Origin: an uncultured Chloroflexia bacterium
GTDB lineage: Bacteria; Chloroflexota; Dehalococcoidia; Dehalococcoidales; RBG-16-60-22
Length of the DNA: 64,000 bases
Assembly: GCA_963727315.1 (NCBI GenBank)
Contig: CAVSFE010000002.1
Span: 50,289-114,288, forward strand
Reading direction: 5' to 3'
A program made the translations under genes and the position numbers. How positions within the stretch are numbered: the stretch's first letter is position 1; each line of letters starts with the position of its first letter. Positions 28,477 to 37,079 of this stretch are shown here, piece after piece. Below the pieces are notes generated by a model. It was not told the origin of the DNA. It ran no database searches and saw only the letters and a program-made list of their open reading frames with translations.

Positions 28477-28779
28477 TTAGCGAAGCCCACCACCCGGCCG
28501 GCCGTCAGCGTCTCTGTCTTCCCGCCGTCTTTCGCCCAGCCTCTGTATTTGCCTTATCAGTACGTAGATAGCGAATATGGTAATAAGGAGAGAGACAGCG
28601 ATTTCGATCCACAGGATAACGGAGTTGCCCTCGACGAAATAGACCGCTCCGTTTACGGCGATGAGAATCATCTGGATTAGCCACGCTATCGCCAGAGCAA
28701 TGAGTAGCATCTGGGCCGAAAGCACCGCTAACGCCGACTTCAGCCTACGGCGCATAAGCGGCTGGCTATCTTTTATCAT
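28477..28779 (-). CDS. Small two-TM hypothetical membrane protein
   Basis: Two hydrophobic helices and charged tail QRLGERRREDR; likely start ATG 28779. Confidence 0.65.
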   Translation of the reverse strand: MIKDSQPLMRRRLKSALAVLSAQMLLIALAIAWLIQMILIAVNGAVYFVEGNSVILWIEIAVSLLITIFAIYVLIRQIQRLGERRREDRDADGRPGGGLR

Positions 28780-28909
28780 AGAATACCTTAATATAGGATA
28801 ATACAACAGAATAGCATAAATTACAATATGTTCTATCTGTTTAAGGGAAAAATAACGAGGGTCTAACACCCCCTCTACCGCTCTGTTACCGGAAAATAGA
28901 CTTGAAAAT

Positions 28910-30268
28910 TTAAGTCAATAATACGTCGGGCGTTTTTTGTCCCGTAATCCGGTGGCCGATGCCGTCGTATAAAAATCCCGCCCGTATCATGTCTTCGGGA
29001 TTGTACAGATTGCGACTGTCCACCATGACCGGCCTTGTCATTAGAGAGGCTATCTTTCGTAAATTGAGTTCTTTAAACTCGTCCCATTCCGTGACCAGGA
29101 TCAGGGCGTCGCTGCCGCTGGCGACTTTGTAGGCGTCCTCGCAATACGTTACCCCGGGCATTATTCTGGCCGCCTCCTCCATGGCCACGGGGTCGTAGGC
29201 TTTAATCCGGCAGCCGTTTTCTTCGAGCAGCCTTACCACTTCGACGGAACGCGCCTCCAGCATATCGTTGGAGCCCGGTTTGAAGGCAAGCCCCAGTATG
29301 CCGATGGTCTTGTCCTGGAGCGAGCCCACCATCGAGCGTAGTTTCTCGACTACCAAACGCGGCTGGCGCTGGTTGACCCTCTGGACGGCGTGCATTAGCG
29401 GGAAAGGCACTCGATAGCTCTCCGCCATATATATGAGTCCCCGCACATCCTTGGGCAGGGAGCTGCCCCCCCACCCCAGTCCAGCGTCCATATCACCGTT
29501 ACCGTGGCGCGGCTCCAGACTGGCAATTTCGGCCACTTTCTTGACATCCGCGCCGCACTCGTCGCAAAGCAGCGCTATTTCGTTGATGAAACTGATCCTG
29601 GTGGCCTGCAACGTATTGGAAACGTACTTCGACATCTCCGCCGTTTTGTTGTCGCAGGTGATTAAGGGCGAGTTTAGACTGGCGTAGAGCCTCACCACCG
29701 CATCGATATCATTCTGGTCGGCACCCCCTACCACGACCCGGCTGGGGTTCATAAAATCGCTTACCGCCATGCCTTCCCTCAGAAATTCGGGATTGGAGAT
29801 TACCGCAAAATGATGCCCGTTCCGACTGTTCTGGGCGATTATCTCGGCGACCATGTCGGCCGTGCCCACCGGCACGGTGCTTTTCAGGACAACGATAAGC
29901 GGCCCGCTGGCGGTCTCGGCGATGCTCCGTGTCGCGTTGCGGACCCATTTTAAATCGGGTTTCCCGTTACGCCCTGAGGGCGTGCCCACGGCGATAAAGG
30001 CAAAGTCGGCGCCCCGCAACCCCCCGTTATAGCTGCCGGCGACATTGATATTGCCCTTGGCCCGGTTGCGTTTCCAGAGCTGGGGCAGGTCCGGCTCGTT
30101 GACAGGCAGGCGCCCGCTCTCCAGGGCGGATAGCTTTTTCGGGTCGATTTCTATCATCGTGACCTTGTTGCCGAGTTCCGCCAGACAGGCGGCGGTAACG
30201 AGGCACGCGTAGCCCGCCCCGACGATACCGATATGCTTCGTATCTTTGGGTGACATCATGGTCATCAT
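28910..30268 (-). CDS. UDP-glucose/GDP-mannose dehydrogenase-family protein with catalytic Cys replaced by Ser
   Basis: GAGYAC, FIAVGTP, KSTVPVGT, SNPEFLREG, GWGGSSLPKD (canonical GGSC), GLAFKP. Confidence 0.88.
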   Translation of the reverse strand: MMTMMSPKDTKHIGIVGAGYACLVTAACLAELGNKVTMIEIDPKKLSALESGRLPVNEPDLPQLWKRNRAKGNINVAGSYNGGLRGADFAFIAVGTPSGRNGKPDLKWVRNATRSIAETASGPLIVVLKSTVPVGTADMVAEIIAQNSRNGHHFAVISNPEFLREGMAVSDFMNPSRVVVGGADQNDIDAVVRLYASLNSPLITCDNKTAEMSKYVSNTLQATRISFINEIALLCDECGADVKKVAEIASLEPRHGNGDMDAGLGWGGSSLPKDVRGLIYMAESYRVPFPLMHAVQRVNQRQPRLVVEKLRSMVGSLQDKTIGILGLAFKPGSNDMLEARSVEVVRLLEENGCRIKAYDPVAMEEAARIMPGVTYCEDAYKVASGSDALILVTEWDEFKELNLRKIASLMTRPVMVDSRNLYNPEDMIRAGFLYDGIGHRITGQKTPDVLLT

Positions 30269-30272
30269 ATAT

Positions 30273-30328
30273 AATTTATGCTTCCCAGGTTAGTACCCAG
30301 TTAGACGAGCGTAAGGATTAGGTTAGAA
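30273..30328 (-). promoter_or_regulatory. Proximal four-repeat array plus -10 for ugd-like gene (possibly leaderless)
   Basis: Plus-strand GTTAGTA 30289, GTTAGAC 30300, GTAAGGA 30311, GTTAGAA 30322; minus-strand TAAATT 30278-30273, 10 bp from the last repeat. Confidence 0.65.
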
Positions 30329-30408
30329 TATGTCAAGTTCATCATCTTGCTGGTGGTTATAACAGCCTGAATTTCGTGACATTTGTCATCGATGTAATAT
30401 ACACATTT

Positions 30409-30464
30409 ATCATATTACGAATCTGTTAGAACAATGTCGGAGGTGAGTCAGAAAACGGTTAGAA
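30409..30464 (-). promoter_or_regulatory. Distal four-repeat array plus -10 for ugd-like gene
   Basis: Plus-strand GTTAGAA 30425, GTCGGAG 30436, GTCAGAA 30447, GTTAGAA 30458; minus-strand TATGAT 30414-30409, 10 bp from the last repeat. Confidence 0.8.
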
Positions 30465-30542
30465 TATCCGGATCATTGTCCGCCTGGGCCGGTGTGCCTT
30501 CGACTAACTCTGGCCAGCCCGCTAAAACTCCGAAATCGGCGG

Positions 30543-30626
30543 GTTAGAATAAAGTTAAAATTTCGTTAAAAAATGGTTAGAAACTGTCCGGCACTATTGA
30601 CTCTTGCTCCATGATTGTTCTATAAT
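30543..30626 (+). promoter_or_regulatory. Four-repeat array and sigma70-like promoter of the response regulator
   Basis: GTTAGAA 30543, GTTAAAA 30554, GTTAAAA 30565, GTTAGAA 30576; TTGACT 30597-18 bp-TATAAT 30621. Confidence 0.75.
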
Positions 30627-30803
30627 TCTCAACGCCCTGATCATGGTAAGAAATTAGTATAAAATTGGGGGGAAAAGGTAAGAAAAGTTACGTTGACTTT
30701 TATTAGCTGCCATATTATGCTTGAATATAGCTCTGACCCAAAAGTACCATGACTTTCGTTTTCCGGGTCTTCCCAGGGAGTCTAAAATAGGGCGAACTGA
30801 CGT

Positions 30804-31520
30804 ATGAGAGAGAAAATACTGCTCATCGAAGATGACATTGAATTTATTAACCTGACCCGGACATGGTTGCATAACGCAGGGTATGAGGTCTTCACCGCTG
30901 GAGACGGCGTCGAGGGCATGCGCCGTGTCTTCAGCAATCGCCCCGATATTGTTTTGCTGGATGCCAATATACCCAAAATGGATGGATGGGAAGTCTGCCG
31001 CCGCATACGGGATATGAGCGACATCCCTGTCCTGATGGTGACGGTCAACGGCCAGAAATCAGACAAGCTCAAAGGATTCACCATGGGCGCCGATGATTAT
31101 CTCGCCAAGCCCGTTGATTTTCACGAACTGATCGCCAGGGTCCAGGCTATCCTGCGACGCAGCCGGTCGGGCACGCACGATAATAAGTCCAGCACCTTCA
31201 ATAATGGCGATATCGAGGTTGATTGGGGCAGCCGCCAGGTCTGGGTCAGAGGACAGCGGGTTAAGCTCTCGCCCACCGAGTTTAAAATTATGTCCTGCCT
31301 CATCAAGAGCCGCGGCTGGATCGTCACCCACGAGCAACTCCTGGAGAAAGCCTGGGGCCCGAACTATATCGGAGATAAATCGTTCGTTAAATTATACATC
31401 AGGTATCTGCGCCAGAAGATTGAGCAGGACCCGCATAAACCGCAAATAATCATGACCGAGCGCGGCGTGGGCTACTATTTTGCCATGCAGAACGAGGAAT
31501 CCGGCAACTTGGGAGGTTAA
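30804..31520 (+). CDS. OmpR/PhoB-family DNA-binding response regulator
   Basis: IEDD, VLLDANIPKMDG, GADDYLAKP, LSPTEF, YIRYLRQKIE, TERGVGY. Confidence 0.95.
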   Translation: MREKILLIEDDIEFINLTRTWLHNAGYEVFTAGDGVEGMRRVFSNRPDIVLLDANIPKMDGWEVCRRIRDMSDIPVLMVTVNGQKSDKLKGFTMGADDYLAKPVDFHELIARVQAILRRSRSGTHDNKSSTFNNGDIEVDWGSRQVWVRGQRVKLSPTEFKIMSCLIKSRGWIVTHEQLLEKAWGPNYIGDKSFVKLYIRYLRQKIEQDPHKPQIIMTERGVGYYFAMQNEESGNLGG

Positions 31521-31524
31521 TTTG

Positions 31525-32445
31525 GTGCAAAAACGCGCCTTACCCCTGCATCAAATGGCAATCGACCGGTCTGCTGACCGGGAAGATATCTCGCTTAAAA
31601 TCCTCGCCGGGGCCGATAAAAACATGCCGGCATCGAGCCTGTTCCAAGATAAAGATAGACTGCCGGTAATGTATGATGCCGCCCCCGGCGCCCGGACGGC
31701 GAACCCGCCTAAAACAGACACTAATACCATTTCGATCATATGGCACGAGCTCATCTCGCCGCTGACAGTGATTAAGGGGTACGCTTCGACTCTCCTGCAA
31801 CTTAACGATGCCATCACCGAGAAACAAAAGGAGGAGTATCTGCGGGGCATAGATTCCGCCAGTAACAGGGTAATTCGACTGCTGGAAAACCTTCGCGATA
31901 TTACCCGGCTGGAGGAGACCGATGCCCTGACCATGCAGCGGATTCGCCCGCTCGACCTGCTGCGGCAGACGGCCTCGGAAATGCAGAACCAGACCAGGCA
32001 GCACATTATTAAAATCCTCCCCTGCCCGCGCCTCCCCCTGGTCACCGCCGACCCCGAAAAGCTCGAGATAGTCGTCAATAATCTCCTCGTTAATGCCATT
32101 AAATATTCGCCGCAGGGCGGTGATATCGAAATCGGGCTCAGTCTGGCCCGCAGCGGACCTGAGCTGAAAAGCATCTCCGAAGACGCGCCTCTATTAAGGC
32201 TGCCCTGCCTGGTCGTGAGCGTTGCCGATACCGGCATCGGCCTGCCTGAGGACGAGCTGGAGCAGATTTTCGAAAAGTTCTACCGGGTAAAAAACAGACT
32301 GTCGCAGGTCACCCCGGGGGCCGGCCTCGGCCTGTATATCTGCAGGATCATTATCGAGGCCCACGGCGGCCGTATCTGGGCCAGGAACAGGCTTTCGGGC
32401 GGCAGCGTCTTTAATTTCTCCCTGCCCCTGGAAAAGATGCCCTGA
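31525..32445 (+). CDS. Cytoplasmic histidine kinase (HisKA + HATPase)
   Basis: HELISPLTVIKGY H-box, NLLVNAIKYS, DTGIG, FEKFYRV, GAGLGL; no TM; start 31522 or 31525 after GGGAGG. Confidence 0.9.
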   Translation: MQKRALPLHQMAIDRSADREDISLKILAGADKNMPASSLFQDKDRLPVMYDAAPGARTANPPKTDTNTISIIWHELISPLTVIKGYASTLLQLNDAITEKQKEEYLRGIDSASNRVIRLLENLRDITRLEETDALTMQRIRPLDLLRQTASEMQNQTRQHIIKILPCPRLPLVTADPEKLEIVVNNLLVNAIKYSPQGGDIEIGLSLARSGPELKSISEDAPLLRLPCLVVSVADTGIGLPEDELEQIFEKFYRVKNRLSQVTPGAGLGLYICRIIIEAHGGRIWARNRLSGGSVFNFSLPLEKMP

Positions 32446-32470
32446 AAAGGCCCGGCCGGGCCATCGAATC

Positions 32471-33325
32471 TCACCCCCTGATAAACACCACCACGATAAT
32501 CAGGACGGCCAACAGCCAGCGATAATACACGAAGACATTGGTGGAGTTTTTCTGCAAATACCTCAATAGGAACCTGATACACAGATAGCCGCTCAGGGCC
32601 GCCGCAACAAAACCAATGACGTAGATGACCAGGTCGGACTGTGCTATCGTGCCAGCGGCCAGCTCGTTGCGGATGTCAAAAATGCTCTTTATGCCGGCGC
32701 CGAGGATTATCGGCGTGGACAGTAAGAAAGAAAAACGCGCCGCCGTTTCCCTTTGAAACCTCATAAATAGTCCCGCCGTGATGGTGCTCCCGGAGCGGGA
32801 TACGCCGGGGAAAATTGCCAGCGCCTGTGAAAGCCCGATAATTATGGCGTCCTTCAGCGATATCTGGTCGAGTCCCCGTATATGTCGGGTGACTCGCTCG
32901 GCCACGAACAGTGCGGCGCCCAGTAGTGCTATGACGATGGCCATCGCTGTCATCGCCCCGGTCGTATTCGGCACGCCGGGTTGATGGAACAGTTCCTCGA
33001 TTTTGCTTTCCGCCAGCCAGCCGGTGATGCCTCCAGGGATGGTTGCGATGACCAGCAGCCATGCCAGCCGCCGGTCATTGTCACTGCCGATTTTCCTCTG
33101 AATAATGCTGGCGATGCCCGCCCGGATCAGTCGCACCCAGTCCGACCAGAAAAACCCTAGCAGGGCGGCGAGCGTTCCCAGGTGCAGTGCCAGGTCGAAT
33201 TGGAGCCCCGGGTCGCTCCATCCGAAAAGCCAGGGAACGATAATAAGGTGGGCGGAACTCGATACCGGCATGAACTCGGTCAGGCCCTGTACCAAGCCGA
33301 GCACCACAGCTTGAATTATCGTCAC
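32471..33325 (-). CDS. uppP: Undecaprenyl-diphosphate phosphatase
   Basis: QGLTEFMPVSSSAH, PGVSRSGSTI, ARFSFLLS. Confidence 0.95.
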   Translation of the reverse strand: MTIIQAVVLGLVQGLTEFMPVSSSAHLIIVPWLFGWSDPGLQFDLALHLGTLAALLGFFWSDWVRLIRAGIASIIQRKIGSDNDRRLAWLLVIATIPGGITGWLAESKIEELFHQPGVPNTTGAMTAMAIVIALLGAALFVAERVTRHIRGLDQISLKDAIIIGLSQALAIFPGVSRSGSTITAGLFMRFQRETAARFSFLLSTPIILGAGIKSIFDIRNELAAGTIAQSDLVIYVIGFVAAALSGYLCIRFLLRYLQKNSTNVFVYYRWLLAVLIIVVVFIRG

Positions 33326-33377
33326 CGGTTCCCCAGCAGTCTCACCTCTCGACTAAAAAAGAGGCTATATTCAGAGC

Positions 33378-33590
33378 TTATCCGCCTGTGTTACGCAGTT
33401 TAATGTCCTTGGCGATAAACCCCTTGTCCCCCAGCCCTACCTTGTAGCTGACGCTCTGCCCCTTTTTCAGCGTTTGAAATTTGACTCCCTGCAGCTGGCT
33501 GTAGTGGAAGAATATGTCTGTGCCGCCGTCCCTGGAAACGAAACCGTAGCCTCGTTCACCGTCCAGTAGCCTGATGACCCCGTTTGTCAT
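33378..33590 (-). CDS. Cold-shock domain protein
   Basis: RGYGFV (RNP1), DIFFHYS (RNP2), GQSVSY. Confidence 0.9.
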   Translation of the reverse strand: MTNGVIRLLDGERGYGFVSRDGGTDIFFHYSQLQGVKFQTLKKGQSVSYKVGLGDKGFIAKDIKLRNTGG

Positions 33591-33606
33591 GACACTCTAT
33601 CCCCTC

Positions 33607-33629
33607 GGGGGCGGGCCGTCCCCGCCCCC
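33607..33629. other. GC-rich hairpin between small basic ORF and csp
   Basis: GGGGGCGGG-ccgtc-CCCGCCCCC. Confidence 0.5.
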
Positions 33630-33639
33630 CAAGCCTGAT

Positions 33640-33762
33640 CTACTTGCCCAGCGCCGATTCCTGCTTCTTCCTGATGGCGCGCCCGCCGTGGCCGTGCTTG
33701 ACGCCTTTAAAGGCCTCTTTATAGCTTTTTCGCTGTGACTGTTTTTCCGCTTTTCTTCCCAT
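33640..33762 (-). CDS. Unannotated 40-aa basic protein (MGRKAEKQSQRKSYKEAFKGVKHGHGGRAIRKKQESALGK)
   Basis: ATG 33762 with AAGGA RBS, TAG 33640; fills intergenic gap upstream of csp. Confidence 0.55.
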   Translation of the reverse strand: MGRKAEKQSQRKSYKEAFKGVKHGHGGRAIRKKQESALGK

Positions 33763-33842
33763 TTTTTTCCTTTTACAATCCCTTCTCCTGACTCCGCAGA
33801 TATATTACCATATTTCCCATGTCTGCCGATAATAGCGCCGTC

Positions 33843-34190
33843 CTACATGTACTCCAGCACGAGCTGCCAGTGGCGCCAGTCGAATTCGGCCATTTCCAGG
33901 ATGCTCTGCCTCACGGGCTCTTCGCGGGTCAGCAGATAAAAACTCACGTCGTTCTCGATATTTATCATCAATATGCCTTCATCCACCATATGCATTAAAG
34001 CCTTTTCAACCTCTGCTTTGCTGTTGCTGTCATCGATGGCATGGACGATGGCCAGTTTGCTGAACCGGCCGTTGGGGTGCGCCACGAAGAAGCGTAGCAA
34101 ATTCAGGCAGCAGCGGTTGGTGATTAGTTTTTTCACCAGTTGGCCCAGGCATGGCTGGGTGGTCTGTCGTGTTGTCTCTGTTAATGCCAT
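33843..34190 (-). CDS. Hypothetical protein, possible winged-helix fold
   Basis: AGGAG RBS, directly downstream of ftsZ; LNLLRFF...FSKLAIVHAI...VEKALMHMVDEGIL pattern. Confidence 0.65.
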   Translation of the reverse strand: MALTETTRQTTQPCLGQLVKKLITNRCCLNLLRFFVAHPNGRFSKLAIVHAIDDSNSKAEVEKALMHMVDEGILMINIENDVSFYLLTREEPVRQSILEMAEFDWRHWQLVLEYM

Positions 34191-34221
34191 GGGACTCCTT
34201 TCCCCGATTGTACTTCAATCG

Positions 34222-35319
34222 CTAGTTATAGGATTTATGTGCCGCGGCTGGTTTCTGGGTCGGGAAGGTTTTGCGCTGCCGCAGGTAAGAAGGCATATCC
34301 AGCTCATCGTCTTCGATGCCCTTAAGGAGCCTGGCCAGCTCTTTTTCATTGTTAGCGCTGTTCATGGCATCCCGGGTGACGAAGCCGGTGGCAATCAGGG
34401 TGAGCCGGACGTCATTGCCCATGTTAGCGTCGAGGACGACCCCGAAGATGACGTTGGCGTTGGGGTCGACCGCCTGCCGGATGACTTCGGCGGCGTTATT
34501 GACTTCATAGAGGGTCAGGTTGGCGCCCGATACGTTGAAAAGCACTCTCTTGGCGCCCTGCATGGAGACGTCGAGCAGCGGGCTGGCCAGCGCCTGCTTG
34601 GCGGCGTCGATGGCGCGGTTCTGCCCCGTCCCCCGCCCGATGGACATCCAGGCCGGCCCGGCGTCCTTCATGATGGTCTTTACGTCGGCAAAATCGAGGT
34701 TGATCAGTCCCGGTACGGTAATAACCTCGGCAATCGCCTGCACACCGTGATGCAGCACTTCGTCGGCCATGCTGAAAGCGCCGTCGACGCTCATTTTCTG
34801 GTCACACAGGTCGAGCAGTCGGTCGTTGGGTATTATTATTAATGTATCTACGTGGTCCATCAGGGCGTTGATGCCGTCCTCGGCCGTCTTGTTGCGGTGC
34901 GTCCCCTCGAAGCTGAAGGGCTTGGTGACCACGGCGATGGTCAGCGCCCCGGTCTGCTTGGCCATTTCCGCCACTACCGTAGCTGAACCTGTGCCGGTGC
35001 CTCCCCCCATCCCCGCGGTGATGAATATCATGTCCGCCCCGCTGACGGCGTCCCGGATGAGGTCACGACTTTCCTCGGCCGCTTTGTGGCCGATGTTATG
35101 GTCCCCGCCGGCGCCCAGGCCGCGGGTGAGTTTTTCACCGATCTGTATGCGCTGCATGGCTTCGGTGATTTCCAGGTGCTGGGCGTCCGTGTTCATAGCG
35201 ATGAACTCCACGCCGTGCAGCTGCTCGCGTACCATCCTGGTGATGGCATTGCACCCCGAACCTCCCAGGCCGATGACTTTGATCTTGGCCCCGCTGTTAA
35301 CCGAAGTTGATCTTGCCAT
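34222..35319 (-). CDS. ftsZ: Cell division protein FtsZ
   Basis: GLGAGG, AGMGGGTGTG, INLDFADV, C-terminal LDMPSYLR. Confidence 0.97.
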   Translation of the reverse strand: MARSTSVNSGAKIKVIGLGGSGCNAITRMVREQLHGVEFIAMNTDAQHLEITEAMQRIQIGEKLTRGLGAGGDHNIGHKAAEESRDLIRDAVSGADMIFITAGMGGGTGTGSATVVAEMAKQTGALTIAVVTKPFSFEGTHRNKTAEDGINALMDHVDTLIIIPNDRLLDLCDQKMSVDGAFSMADEVLHHGVQAIAEVITVPGLINLDFADVKTIMKDAGPAWMSIGRGTGQNRAIDAAKQALASPLLDVSMQGAKRVLFNVSGANLTLYEVNNAAEVIRQAVDPNANVIFGVVLDANMGNDVRLTLIATGFVTRDAMNSANNEKELARLLKGIEDDELDMPSYLRQRKTFPTQKPAAAHKSYN

Positions 35320-35368
35320 ATTTGTCCTCCATACTATCTTAATATTATTAATAAATAGTGAAGCGCTT

Positions 35369-36583
35369 TTAGCGGAAGAGCTTGAACATCCGGGTCAGCA
35401 GGCGGCGCAGGTTGCCGTCTTTAGCCGCGGGGGCCGTCGATGCCGTGCCCTGGTTTCTCAGTCTCCACAGGAGCAGGCCGACGCCCGTGGCGTAGGCCGG
35501 GTTGTCCAGAGCATCCGAGACCCCGGGCAGGCTGATGGGCCGTCCCAGTCTTACCGGCATCCTGATGGTTTTTTCTCCCAGTTCGGCGATGCCGGTCAGA
35601 TTGGCGCCACCGCCCGTGATGACCAGCCCCGCCGGTATCAGCTTGCGGTAGTCCTGCTGCGGGAGTTCCAGGACAATCAGCCGTAGCATTTCCTCGATGC
35701 GCACGCGGATGATGTCGGAAAGGTCCTGGTAGGAAATGCTGTGGCCGTCTCCGGTGAGAGATACATCTTTAGGGATGCTTGTCTCATCCTGGGGCGTTAC
35801 GTCGCCATATTTCTTTTTCATTTCCTCGGCCAGCTCGAAGGTTATCCCCAGGCCGACCGATATATCACGCGTTACCTGGTATCCGGCCACCGGCAGTACC
35901 GAGGTATGATAGATGGTATTGTCCTTGAACATGGCCAGGTCGGTCGTGCCGCCGCCCATGTCCGCCAGCAGGACGCCGTCCTGTTTCTCTTCCGGCGTCA
36001 GCACCGCCTCGGCGCTGGCCAGCGGTTCCATGACGAGGTCGTCCACGTCCACGCCGATGCTGCGGATGCACTTGGTGAGGTTCTGGATGGACGTGATGGC
36101 CGCCGTGATGATGTGTGTCTCGACGTCCAGGCGGAAGCCGTGCATCCCGATGGGGTTCTTGACCCCGCTCTGCCCGTCAATGGTATACTCGCGCGGGATA
36201 ACGTGAAGCAGCCTCTGCTCCGCCGGCACCTTGATGGCGCGGGCGACGTCGAGGACGCGCTTGAGGTCGTCGGTGTGTACCACCTGGTTGTTACGCGTGA
36301 TGGCGATTGAGCCGCGGTTATTTACCGATGATATATGCCGGCCCGTTACGCCGACATAGGCTGATTCCAGCCGCCGGCCCGCCATCTGCTCGGCCAGCCT
36401 TACCGATTTCCTTATCGATTCCCTGGCCTCGTTGATGTTGACCACCAGTCCTTTATGCAGTCCGTGCGACATCGTCACGCCGACGCCCAGCACGCGGAGA
36501 TTCTCCCTGTCCTGGATATCCGCCATAATGGTGCATACCTTGGTCGTGCCGACATCGATGGCTGCAATCCTGTCCTTTTTCAT
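35369..36583 (-). CDS. ftsA: Cell division protein FtsA
   Basis: IDVGTTKV, GLHKGLVVNI, DMGGGTTD, TGGGANL, YATGVGLL, C-terminal amphipathic helix. Confidence 0.96.
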   Translation of the reverse strand: MKKDRIAAIDVGTTKVCTIMADIQDRENLRVLGVGVTMSHGLHKGLVVNINEARESIRKSVRLAEQMAGRRLESAYVGVTGRHISSVNNRGSIAITRNNQVVHTDDLKRVLDVARAIKVPAEQRLLHVIPREYTIDGQSGVKNPIGMHGFRLDVETHIITAAITSIQNLTKCIRSIGVDVDDLVMEPLASAEAVLTPEEKQDGVLLADMGGGTTDLAMFKDNTIYHTSVLPVAGYQVTRDISVGLGITFELAEEMKKKYGDVTPQDETSIPKDVSLTGDGHSISYQDLSDIIRVRIEEMLRLIVLELPQQDYRKLIPAGLVITGGGANLTGIAELGEKTIRMPVRLGRPISLPGVSDALDNPAYATGVGLLLWRLRNQGTASTAPAAKDGNLRRLLTRMFKLFR

Positions 36584-36658
36584 TTCATCCTCCTTGGCCC
36601 CCCGATGTATCGGGGGACTTATCCGACAGGTTATTTCCTATATTTATATAGACTTTTT

Positions 36659-36871
36659 TTATTTTCTCTGGTCGCGATAGCGGATGTTCCACTTGTTGCA
36701 CAGGGAGCTGAGGTGCTCGCGGAATTCCGGATTGCCGAAGCGGTGCAGCTCGGCGAGGAAGCCGTGCAGCAGCTCGCCGCCGGTCATGTTCGGCGCCGGC
36801 TCTTCCGGTCCGGGCAGGTTGATGTACACGATTTCTGTCATGAGCTTCTGGTACTCGATTGGGGTCCCCAT
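36659..36871 (-). CDS. Small hypothetical protein upstream of ftsA
   Basis: GGAGG RBS; compact 70-aa ORF co-oriented with ftsA. Confidence 0.7.
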   Translation of the reverse strand: MGTPIEYQKLMTEIVYINLPGPEEPAPNMTGGELLHGFLAELHRFGNPEFREHLSSLCNKWNIRYRDQRK

Positions 36872-37079
36872 TTTTTCTTTGCCTCCTTTTTATTTTTTCG
36901 CCATTTAGCTTGGTTTGTTCGAGAAAACTGTATTATGGTATAACGTTCCACAAGCAAGCTACAATTTTTGTCCTTTCTATTTCTTTCATGTCCTGAAAAA
37001 ATTCCATAAATTTTTAGAACACCTTGTAACTGCCCTATTTTTGGCATATAATGGTGGAAACAAGCCGAGGATATATGCC

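Noticed and set aside
36598-36616. CCCCCGAT-gt-ATCGGGGG palindrome just upstream of the ftsA RBS
   Set aside because: Single short hairpin with no further support; could be a generic small repeat.
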